The notes beneath the pieces are model-generated. The model was not told the DNA's origin. It saw only the letters and a list, made by a program, of their open reading frames with translations, and did not search any database. DNA of 13,904 bases from assembly GCA_017434185.1 (NCBI GenBank), contig JAFRFV010000266.1:1-13904 (forward strand). Reading direction: 5' to 3'. The position numbers and the translations under genes are program-made. The DNA comes from Coriobacteriales bacterium. GTDB taxonomy: Bacteria > Actinomycetota > Coriobacteriia > Coriobacteriales > RUG844. Positions 1-6,641 of the stretch are shown here, piece after piece (position 1 is the first letter of the stretch; every line of letters starts with the position of its first letter).

Positions 1-90
1 AGTGATGACACCAAGAGGCTGCTCTCCGGTCTGGTGGCGAAGGAGGGCTTCAGGGGCCTCCTGAGCTCCCTCATGCGCGGCAAACGATAA
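1..90 (+). CDS. 3' end of an upstream gene (partial, unknown product), ending ...LLSGLVAKEGFRGLLSSLMRGKR* at TAA 88-90
   Basis: Frame 1 reads open from the window edge to TAA at 88-90. The codons are GC3-rich like neighbouring genes. Only 29 codons are visible, so no family can be assigned. Confidence 0.4.
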   Translation, partial: SDDTKRLLSGLVAKEGFRGLLSSLMRGKR

Positions 91-129
91 GGGATACACG
101 AACATAAGGGTTCGCGAGAAAGGACAGCA

Positions 130-1668
130 ATGAGCGGAATCATCGGAGGAACCGTGGGTGTCGGCGTTCTGATACTCATCGCCCTCATCGCAATCATCTT
201 CAAGAAGAGCTACATCAAGGCTCCGCCGGACACCGCCGTCATCATCTCCGGTCGACGCAAGGAGCCGCGTATCGTGGTTGGTAAGGCAGCCCTGTGCATC
301 CCCTTCCTGGAGCGCCGTGATGAGCTGACCCTGCAGGTGGTGGACATCGACGTCAAGACCGAGCAGCCGGTTCCCACCAAGGACTTCATCGGTGTGCAGG
401 TGGACGCCACCGTCAACGTGAAGATCCCCAGCGACAAACCCCGCATGATGCAGATCGCCGCCCAGAACTTCCTGAACATGAAGCGTCAGGAGATCGCCCG
501 TCTGGTGCAGCCGGTTCTGGAAGGCAACATCCGTGAGATCATCGGCAACATGAACCTCAAGGACATGGTGTCCGACCGTCAGGCCTTCTCCGACCTGGTG
601 AAGCAGAACGCCGAACCCGACCTGGCGAACCTGGGTCTGGAGATCAAGACTTTCAACGTGCAGAACTTCTCCGATGACCAGGGCGTCATCAAGGCCCTTG
701 GTGTGGACAACGAGGCCCAGATCAAGAAGGATGCCGCCGTCTCCAAGGCGCGCAACTCCCAGATCATCCGCGAGGAGACCGCCAAGGCCGAGCAGGCCGC
801 CAACCAGGCGGAGGTCGCGTCCAAGACCGCCATCGCTGAGCGCGAGAACCTGTTGCGCATCAAGCGTGCTGAACTGAAGCAGGAATCCGATGCACGCCAG
901 GCACAGGCCGACGCCGCCTACTCCATCAACCAGGAGACCCAGCGCAAGCAGTTGGAGCAACGCACCATCGACGCCGATATCGCACGTCAGGAGCGCGAGA
1001 TCGAGCTGGAGGCCAAGCGTGCCGACGCTCAGAAGCAGCGCCTCTCCGCTGAGATCGAGAAGAAGGCCGATGCTGAGCGCTACGCAGCCCAGCAGGCCGC
1101 CGAGGCGGACCTGTTCCGCCGCCAGAAGGACGCCGAAGCCAAGAAGATCGAGCAGCAGCGCGTCGCCGAGGCCAAGGCCTATGAGGCCATGAAGGAAGCC
1201 GAGGCCCAGAAGGCCTTGGCGGAAGCCGCCAAGTACGCCAAGGAGCAGGAGGCTGCCGGTATCAAGGCCGTTGGCGAGGCGGAGGCTGCCGCCATCGCCG
1301 CCAAGGGTATCGCCGAGGCCGAAGCCATCGAGCGCAAGGCGCTGGCCATGCAGAAGTACGGTGACGCCGCCAAGCTCGAGATGATGGTCAACGTCCTGCC
1401 CGCCGTGGCGCGCGAGGTCGCATCCCCCATGGCGAGCATCGACAGCGTGAAGATCATCGGTGGCGACGCCCAGGGCGTTGGCGATGTGGCCGGTAATGTG
1501 CCCGTCGTCATGGCCAAGGTCTTCGAGAGCGTCGAGGAAGCCACCGGCATCGACCTGACCGACATCGTGCGCGGCCAAGGCGAGCATGCCAAGATCACCC
1601 GTAACATCAACCTCGAGACCACGAGCCCCCAGGTTGCGGAGGTCGTCGAGGATGTCCTGGGCGAGTAG
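130..1668 (+). CDS. Flotillin-like SPFH/band-7 protein, FloT/YqiK-type
   Basis: 512 aa. It has an N-terminal hydrophobic anchor (GVGVLILIALIAIIF), an SPFH-like core, and a long Ala/Glu/Lys/Gln-rich coiled-coil segment (EAKRADAQKQRLSAEIEKKADAERYAAQQAAEA...) typical of bacterial flotillins. AAAGGA sits 8 nt upstream of ATG 130. Confidence 0.8.
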   Translation: MSGIIGGTVGVGVLILIALIAIIFKKSYIKAPPDTAVIISGRRKEPRIVVGKAALCIPFLERRDELTLQVVDIDVKTEQPVPTKDFIGVQVDATVNVKIPSDKPRMMQIAAQNFLNMKRQEIARLVQPVLEGNIREIIGNMNLKDMVSDRQAFSDLVKQNAEPDLANLGLEIKTFNVQNFSDDQGVIKALGVDNEAQIKKDAAVSKARNSQIIREETAKAEQAANQAEVASKTAIAERENLLRIKRAELKQESDARQAQADAAYSINQETQRKQLEQRTIDADIARQEREIELEAKRADAQKQRLSAEIEKKADAERYAAQQAAEADLFRRQKDAEAKKIEQQRVAEAKAYEAMKEAEAQKALAEAAKYAKEQEAAGIKAVGEAEAAAIAAKGIAEAEAIERKALAMQKYGDAAKLEMMVNVLPAVAREVASPMASIDSVKIIGGDAQGVGDVAGNVPVVMAKVFESVEEATGIDLTDIVRGQGEHAKITRNINLETTSPQVAEVVEDVLGE

Positions 1669-1680
1669 GAAGGACGCGAG

Positions 1681-2349
1681 ATGAAGTTCCTCGACACGGT
1701 CAAGTCCAAGGTCCCCTTCCTCAACAAGGGCAAGGGGGATTGGGACGACTCGCAGCGATACGACGATTACGATGGTCAGCAGCCCGCTGACGACGATTAC
1801 TACGACGACGACCGCGGCTCCTCGCTTCCTCCCTCCAGGACGTATTCGCGTCGTGATCCCGAACGTACCGTGAGAGTGGTGGAGCGCAGCTACTCGGATC
1901 GCCCCGCCACGCGCAGCTCCGTCTTCGGCGGCTATGACCAGGGATACGGAGAGGCACCCGGCATGGATGACGAACCCGCCTTCCTGCGCAGCGCCGGCGA
2001 AGCACCATCCGCCGCCGCTGCCCGTCGCGGCAGCATCTATGCCCCCGCGAGTGTCACTGCCAGCTCCGTTGCCTCCGGTCCCAAGCTCGCCATCGTGACC
2101 CCCGCCTCCTACAACGAGGCGGAGGCGGTGACCAAGGCCTTCAAGCGCACCTCCCGTGTGGTGCTCTCCCTGAAGGAGATGCGTCCGGAACTGGCCAAGC
2201 GCATCCTCGACTTCTCCTTCGGTGTGGCGAGCGCTCTGGACGGCTCCGTCGAGAAGGTTGCAGACCGCGTGTTCCTGCTCTCGCATACCCCCGGCGGCCT
2301 GACCGAAGACGAGTTGCGCCAGCTCAAGACCGCGGGCATCGTGCGCTAG
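1681..2349 (+). CDS. sepF: Cell division protein SepF
   Basis: The C-terminal ~90 aa (KLAIVTPASYNEAEAVTKAFKRTSRVVLSLKEMRPELAKRILDFSFGVASALDGSVEKVADRVFLL) matches the conserved SepF/DUF552 domain. The N-terminal half is an acidic, disordered linker, as in actinobacterial SepF. AGGAAGGA RBS. The gene sits 12 nt after the flotillin stop. Confidence 0.85.
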   Translation: MKFLDTVKSKVPFLNKGKGDWDDSQRYDDYDGQQPADDDYYDDDRGSSLPPSRTYSRRDPERTVRVVERSYSDRPATRSSVFGGYDQGYGEAPGMDDEPAFLRSAGEAPSAAAARRGSIYAPASVTASSVASGPKLAIVTPASYNEAEAVTKAFKRTSRVVLSLKEMRPELAKRILDFSFGVASALDGSVEKVADRVFLLSHTPGGLTEDELRQLKTAGIVR

Positions 2350-3186
2350 ATGGACATGGCAAGCGATCTGTTCCAGCGCCTTGGCCGTCTGCTTATCGTG
2401 GGCGGCGGCAAGATGGGCGAGGGTATCCTTGCGGGTTTGCTGGCTCTTCCCAACGCTCCCCGCGACGCCATCGTTGTCGCAAATCCCGGTGTGGCCAAGC
2501 GCATCCACCTGCAGGAGACCTATGGGGTCGCCTGCGTTGCCGATGCCGCGCAGGCACTGCCGGCGGATACGGTCATCCTGGCGGTCAAACCGCAGGTCCT
2601 TCCCACGGTCCTGCAGGGCTTATCCCAGGAAGCAGCCCTTGCTGGCAGCTTGGTCATCTCGGTCGCCGCTGGCGTGACCACAGAGCGCCTGGAGTCCCTG
2701 CTGCCCATTTCCTGTCCGGTGGTGCGTGTCATGCCCAACCTGCCGCTCGTCTGCGGTCAGGGCATGTGCAGTGTCTCCGCTGGCAGCCGTTGCAGCGATG
2801 CACAGGCCCAGCTGGTGCTCGATCTGTTCTCGCGCATGGGCGACGCGGTGCTCATCCCTGAGGAGCAGCAGGACGCCTCCTGCGCCTTGCACGGCAGGGG
2901 CCCCGCCTACGTCGCACTCGTGCTGGACGAACTCGCCCGCGCCGGCGAGAAGGCGGGTCTGGAACCCGATGCCGCCGCTCGACTCGCCCTGCAGACCATG
3001 CTGGGCACCGCAACGCTCCTGAAGGAGAGCGGCATGTCGCCGCAGGTCCTGATGGATAAGGTCTCCAGTCCCGGAGGCACCACCATCGCCGCACTCCAGG
3101 CTATGCGGGCAGCGGATCTGCCCCAGGCCATCGAGAGGGGAGTGGAAGCGGCGATCAACCGATCCAAGGAGTTGGCTGGTTCATGA
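2350..3186 (+). CDS. proC: Pyrroline-5-carboxylate reductase
   Basis: N-terminal Rossmann motif (IVGGGKMGEGILAGL), then VKPQ, MPNLP and SPGGTTIAAL motifs characteristic of ProC. The start ATG abuts the sepF stop. Confidence 0.85.
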   Translation: MDMASDLFQRLGRLLIVGGGKMGEGILAGLLALPNAPRDAIVVANPGVAKRIHLQETYGVACVADAAQALPADTVILAVKPQVLPTVLQGLSQEAALAGSLVISVAAGVTTERLESLLPISCPVVRVMPNLPLVCGQGMCSVSAGSRCSDAQAQLVLDLFSRMGDAVLIPEEQQDASCALHGRGPAYVALVLDELARAGEKAGLEPDAAARLALQTMLGTATLLKESGMSPQVLMDKVSSPGGTTIAALQAMRAADLPQAIERGVEAAINRSKELAGS

Positions 3187-3434
3187 TTGGACGTCTCTTC
3201 TCGGCACTGATCGATTTCTACGTCATCCTTATCGTCATCTACGTGCTCATGTCGTGGTTCCCCCACGAGAAGGGCATCATGAAGGATATCTACGACGTCC
3301 TGGGCAGTGTGTGCGAGCCCTATCTTGGCCTGTTCCGTAAGATCATCCCTCCGATGGGCAACATCGACTTCTCGCCGGTGTTCGCGGTGATCGTACTGGA
3401 GCTCATCGCGCGTCTCATCGTGAAAGTCCTGTAA
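3183..3434 (+). CDS. yggT: YggT/Ycf19-family small membrane protein
   Basis: 83 aa with two hydrophobic segments (LIDFYVILIVIYVLMSWFP ... FSPVFAVIVLELIARLIV) typical of YggT. Its start overlaps the proC stop by 4 bp (ATGA). It occupies the usual division-cluster position upstream of divIVA. Confidence 0.8.
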   Translation: MIGRLFSALIDFYVILIVIYVLMSWFPHEKGIMKDIYDVLGSVCEPYLGLFRKIIPPMGNIDFSPVFAVIVLELIARLIVKVL

Positions 3435-3474
3435 GCTGGCCGCCTTCCATCTACCAAAAGCGCGACCATACCGT

Positions 3475-3480
3475 TAGAAT
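3475..3480 (+). promoter_or_regulatory. Candidate -10 element (TAGAAT) in the yggT-divIVA spacer
   Basis: TAGAAT lies about 60 nt upstream of the divIVA ATG in a locally AT-richer spacer. I could not identify a convincing -35. Confidence 0.2.
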
Positions 3481-3540
3481 GCTAACAAGTGTGAACAGTG
3501 GCGACCGAACGGTCCACAACGATATAGGGAAAGGGTAGTC

Positions 3541-4392
3541 ATGAGCATCACAGCACAAGAGATCCAAGAGGCGGCGTTCGAGCATTCCCGCAGGGGTTAT
3601 GACATGGAAGAAGTCGACGTGTTCCTCGAGCGCGTTGCAGAGGAAGTCGACGTCCTGTGCATGCAGAACCAGGAACTCAGGGCCCGCGTGGCCGAGCTCC
3701 AGGCGCAGCTCCAGAAGGCCAAGGAGGCCGCGCCCGCAGCGGCTCCCGCTCCTTCCGCCAAGGACAGCATCGAGGTCCAGGAGACCCTGCTCTCCTACGA
3801 GAACCAGATCCGCGACCAGGCCTACCGCATCCAGGACCTGGAGCAGCAGCTGGCTGAGAAGAGCGCCGATGCGAGCGCCATCTCCGCCGCCATCATCAGC
3901 GCCCAGAAGAGCGCTGACTCCATCCGCGCCGAGGCTCGCGTGGAAGGCGAGAAGATCTACCGCGATGCTGAGAACAAGGCCCGCGAGATCATCCGCGATG
4001 CCCTCACCCAGAAGCAGCAGGTCATCCTCGACCTCGCCCGTCTCAAGGGTGCCCAGGAGCGCTTCCGCAACGAGTACATGGCCCTGATCAAGCGCTTCGC
4101 CATCGAGGGCGACAAGGAGCTCTCCTCCGACATCGCCGATGCCGTGCTGGCTCCCGAGGATCTGGCTGCCGTGAACGCCGCTCAGAACGGCGAGCTGCCC
4201 GCCATCCCCGCTCCCGCGCCCGCGCCTGCTCCCGCTCCCGCCCCCGCTGCGCCCGCTCCGCAGCAGCGCTATGCCGCTCCCGCCGGCTACAAGAGCCGCT
4301 ATGCCGCTCCCGCTCCGCAGCAGCAGCGTGTCGCCGACTTCAGCGGTTTCGGCGAGACCGATGACGACTTCGGTGTGGACGACCTGGACTAG
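3541..4392 (+). CDS. divIVA: DivIVA-domain cell-division/polar-growth protein
   Basis: N-terminal DivIVA signature (ITAQEIQEAAFEHSRRGYDMEEVDVFLERVAEE) followed by coiled coil. The C-terminus has a (PA)n low-complexity tract. GGGAAAGGG RBS. Confidence 0.85.
   Translation: MSITAQEIQEAAFEHSRRGYDMEEVDVFLERVAEEVDVLCMQNQELRARVAELQAQLQKAKEAAPAAAPAPSAKDSIEVQETLLSYENQIRDQAYRIQDLEQQLAEKSADASAISAAIISAQKSADSIRAEARVEGEKIYRDAENKAREIIRDALTQKQQVILDLARLKGAQERFRNEYMALIKRFAIEGDKELSSDIADAVLAPEDLAAVNAAQNGELPAIPAPAPAPAPAPAPAAPAPQQRYAAPAGYKSRYAAPAPQQQRVADFSGFGETDDDFGVDDLD
4204..4260 (+). repeat. (CCNGCN)n microsatellite-like tract encoding the (Pro-Ala)n linker of DivIVA
   Basis: Seen directly: gctcccgcgcccgcgcctgctcccgctcccgcccccgct, encoding PAPAPAPAPAPAPAPAAPAP. 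Confidence 0.7.
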
Positions 4393-4417
4393 CACCTCTT
4401 CGATATGCATTGACGAT

Positions 4418-4455
4418 GGCCTGGTTCCATGGGGGACCGGGCCATCTTATGTGAT
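4418..4455 (+). terminator. Terminator-like hairpin after divIVA (11-bp stem with two G-U pairs, ATGG loop) followed by AUCUUAUGUGAU
   Basis: GGCCTGGTTCC-atgg-GGGACCGGGCC, then a moderately U-rich tail. Located 26 nt downstream of the divIVA stop. Confidence 0.3.
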
Positions 4456-4467
4456 GGGAGCACTGTC

Positions 4468-4749
4468 ATGAGACTGAGCATAGTGGTGAGCCCCAAGGCA
4501 GCACGCAACGCCGTGCTGGGCTGGAAGGTCGATGCCACCGGGCAACGTGAGCTCGCGGTGTCCGTGACCGCCGCACCCGAGTCCGGTAAAGCCACCAAGG
4601 CCGCCTGCGAGGCGGTCGCTGCTGCCGTGGGTCTGCCCAAGAGCAAGGTCAGCTGTGCACGTGGTGCCACATCCCGTCACAAGCAGCTGGAACTCGACGG
4701 CGACGAAGCTGCTATCATGCAGGCTCTCGAGTCCCTTCCGCTCCTGTAG
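4468..4749 (+). CDS. yggU: DUF167/YggU-family (UPF0235) protein
   Basis: MRLSIVVSPKAARNAVLGW...ESGKATKAACEAVAAAVGLPKSKVSCARGATSRHKQLEL matches the YggU pattern (AxP..GkAN ... ks.v.i..G..sr.K). I chose ATG 4468 because GGGAG sits 8 nt upstream. The track's ATG 4429 lies in the loop of the upstream hairpin. Confidence 0.7.
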   Translation: MRLSIVVSPKAARNAVLGWKVDATGQRELAVSVTAAPESGKATKAACEAVAAAVGLPKSKVSCARGATSRHKQLELDGDEAAIMQALESLPLL

Positions 4750-4761
4750 AACGTCGGTCGC

Positions 4762-5583
4762 TCAGTCCTTATCCACCAGAACGGAGATGCGTGTGAGATA
4801 GTCGTCGGGGCTGGCGGCGGAAAGCTCGTTGCGTAGATACTCCTCATAGGCATAACCGCTGGCGCGCATGCCCCGCTCCGCCAGCACGTCGAACAATTCC
4901 CCATAGCTTTCGCCAACCCCTTCGTAGGGACCCTTGTGGTAGATGACCGCATAGGTACCGGCGGGGCGTAGGTAGGTCTCGAAGATGGGGTCGCCCTGGG
5001 AATCGCGTGCGGTGTCGGCTTCCCTGGCCAGCAGGAAGGCATAGCGCGAGAAATCACCGCTCAGGATGTTCTCCACCGGAAGCGCTGCGTAGAGCACCTG
5101 TGCATTGGCCGAGAAGTTGGTCACGGCGCGCACCATGCCATCGTCATCGAGATCCTCCAGATAAGCGCTGCGACAGAGGCGCTGCGATGCCATCTCCTCG
5201 AAGTCCACTCCCTCGCTACTCACCGCCAATGCAGCGCGTGCTCGGTTCATCTCGTCTCCCAGGATGCGTCTCACGCGCGTGAGATGTTCGATACGTGCGT
5301 TCAGGTCCGAGTACGCCTTGGAGAGTTTGATCAGGCGGGACACGCTCGTGGGCTGCTCCATGAATTCCCTTATCTGCGCCAACGACATGCCCGTCTCCTT
5401 GAGGGAGGCGATCACGACGAAGGTCTCGTACTGGCGATACGAGTAATAGCGATAGCCGTTGTCATCCACGAAAGCGGGTGGGAGGAGGCCTATGTCGTCG
5501 TAGTGGAAGAGGGTTTGCTTCTTCACCTGGCAGAGTCTGGCGAACTCTCCGGTGCTCATGTATGTCTCGTCGGGTCGCGACAT
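4762..5583 (-). CDS. MerR-family transcriptional regulator with a C-terminal GyrI-like (AraC-E/BmrR-like) effector-binding domain
   Basis: N-terminal MerR HTH (MSTGEFARLCQVKKQTLFHYDDIGLL...YRYYSYRQYETFVVIASLKETGMSLAQIREF), a coiled-coil dimerisation helix, then a ~150-aa GyrI-like domain (TYAVIYHKGPYEGVGESYGELF...). AAGGAGAG RBS lies 6 nt before ATG 5583. The gene is convergent with yggU, with a 12-bp gap. Confidence 0.8.
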   Translation of the reverse strand: MSRPDETYMSTGEFARLCQVKKQTLFHYDDIGLLPPAFVDDNGYRYYSYRQYETFVVIASLKETGMSLAQIREFMEQPTSVSRLIKLSKAYSDLNARIEHLTRVRRILGDEMNRARAALAVSSEGVDFEEMASQRLCRSAYLEDLDDDGMVRAVTNFSANAQVLYAALPVENILSGDFSRYAFLLAREADTARDSQGDPIFETYLRPAGTYAVIYHKGPYEGVGESYGELFDVLAERGMRASGYAYEEYLRNELSAASPDDYLTRISVLVDKD

Positions 5584-5621
5584 CCGACTCTCCTTCTTGG
5601 AAATCTTCGAAAAGACTCTTG

Positions 5622-5627
5622 ACTATA
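5622..5627 (-). promoter_or_regulatory. Candidate -10 (TATAGT on - strand) for the merR-family gene, overlapping a TTGACT hexamer on the + strand
   Basis: The minus strand reads ...ccgTATAGTcaagagtc...AAGGAGagtcggATG. The plus strand has TTGACT at 5619-5624, followed by an approximate dyad (atacggttaccggatac). That is the geometry expected for MerR-type divergent/overlapping promoters. The -35 is weak on both strands. Confidence 0.3.
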
Positions 5628-5764
5628 CGGTTACCGGATACTTTACCGTGGGGTCATGCCAAAAGCAATGGAAAGCCGCAGCGGACGACCTGGGACACCG
5701 ACCGCATGCGGAGGCCTCGAGGGAGAGGAGGACAGCCAGCGGATCATGGAATATACAAGATGAA

Positions 5765-5811
5765 GAAAGCAAATGGACTTCCCTGCACCATTTGCTTTCT
5801 TTTCTTTTTAT
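5765..5811. terminator. Strong AT-rich rho-independent terminator (perfect 14-bp stem AAGAAAGCAAATGG / CCATTTGCTTTCTT, 11-nt loop, TTTTCTTTTTAT tail), potentially bidirectional
   Basis: The inverted repeat is seen directly. There is a U-tract on the + strand and a weaker U-rich stretch on the - strand (UUCAUCUUGUAUAUU). It lies between the higA stop (5857) and the merR-family promoter. Confidence 0.7.
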
Positions 5812-5856
5812 CCTTGATTCGTTCGGCTGCGATGCATCCCGCAGAGCTACGGTGGG

Positions 5857-6372
5857 TCAGCGCAGTTCGTTGACCTTCTTGACGTTGGCCTTGAACTGCT
5901 CGAAACCCTTGTCACTCTCCAAGCATGCATAGAAGGCATCCGTGCTCGCAACACCGAAGAAGGAAAGCAGGGCGGAAGCCTGTTGTGCTGGATCGCTGGT
6001 GCGGGGAACGAGACCATCCCTGGCCATGGCATCATAGGGAAAATGGGACGCCCACTCGAGAACGGCGGGGCTGGAGAGTTCCGCATTGCGCTTCTGCTGC
6101 GTGAGCACCTCTTGGAAGGCTGCCTCAGCGGCGTTCCAGCGGCTCGCGGGCACCTTGAGCACGCGCTCCAGGTCGTAGGCGACATCGTAGGTCAGGCGCA
6201 CCTTGCCCGTGATGAGCTGCGAGATGAACTTCTCACTGCGGCCAAGCAGGACGGCGAGCTCCTTCTGGGTGATGCGCTGCTTCTTGAGCTCCTTGGTGAG
6301 GATCTCACCAGGGGAGACGACGCGCTCGCCCGTGCGCTCTGAATGAACCGTCATGTAGTGCTTACGTGCCAT
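5857..6372 (-). CDS. higA: HigA-type (XRE-family HTH) antitoxin, long form with a ~75-aa C-terminal extension
   Basis: VVSPGEILTKELKKQRITQKELAVLLGRSEKFISQLITGKVRLTYDVAYDLERVLKVPASRWNAAEAAF matches the HigA addiction-module antidote pattern (HPGEiL...l..g.s.......A..lg.s...Wlnlq..ydl). I placed the start at ATG 6372 (MARKHYMTV...) because AAGGAG lies 6 nt upstream. The track's longer N-terminus lacks an RBS. Confidence 0.75.
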   Translation of the reverse strand: MARKHYMTVHSERTGERVVSPGEILTKELKKQRITQKELAVLLGRSEKFISQLITGKVRLTYDVAYDLERVLKVPASRWNAAEAAFQEVLTQQKRNAELSSPAVLEWASHFPYDAMARDGLVPRTSDPAQQASALLSFFGVASTDAFYACLESDKGFEQFKANVKKVNELR

Positions 6373-6413
6373 CTTGCTCCTTGCAACCTTACCCGAAAAC
6401 GCATCATGCGACG

Positions 6414-6641
6414 TCAAAGCGCTGTGAATGCGTAAGCGCAAGAATAGCGTAAATTACTAAGAAGGTATAGTCTTGAATATGTGTGCGGCGATTTCATCCT
6501 TGAACGGTTCGGTGATTGACCGAAAGCGTACGATTGCGTCCGCCATTGATGCGAAGCGGAATCATTACGGGTATACTTATCCGAATCGTGCGCGAAGCTG
6601 TTTGCGCACGGCTTCGAAGCAAGGAGGAACGAAATGATCAT
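6414..6641 (-). pseudogene. higB: Degraded higB (RelE/ParE-superfamily toxin) remnant, multiply frameshifted
   Basis: Minus-strand frame 1 starts MIISF..., like the HigB N-terminus MIkSFkHKGL. Frame 2 gives ...RINGGRNRTLSVNHRTVQG (compare HigB ...LKGDRKGtWSVRVsgnWRitF) and ...HIQDYTF (compare the HigB C-terminal eDYH). In-frame stops separate these pieces. The segment is lower in G+C than its surroundings. Confidence 0.35.

Noticed and set aside
210-1733. Several minus-strand and alternate-frame ORFs inside the flotillin and sepF genes (210-479, 579-863, 674-877, 890-1192, 1179-1733, 1721-2008)
   Set aside because: They overlap confidently assigned genes. They are compositionally biased (R/S/P-rich) and lack RBSs.
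3451-4410. 319-aa minus-strand ORF antisense to divIVA, and the alternate-frame + ORFs 3599-4087 and 3657-3857
   Set aside because: DivIVA in the + frame has the conserved N-terminal motif and a proper RBS. The others are RS/PG-rich nonsense frames typical of GC-rich sequence.
5478-5932. ORFs 5478-5873 (+) and 5552-5932 (+) crossing the merR start, promoter region and terminator
   Set aside because: They run through an intrinsic terminator stem and through the divergent promoter, and they have no RBS. The only small ORF I kept as a possibility is the 35-codon frame at 5656-5763, and that is flagged as doubtful.
6634-6641. Palindromic ATGATCAT shared by the divergent starts of the membrane-protein gene (+) and the higB remnant (-)
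   Set aside because: It is noted as a curiosity only. It partly explains the M-I-I N-terminus of the minus-strand remnant, and I treat it as a caveat on the higB call rather than a feature.
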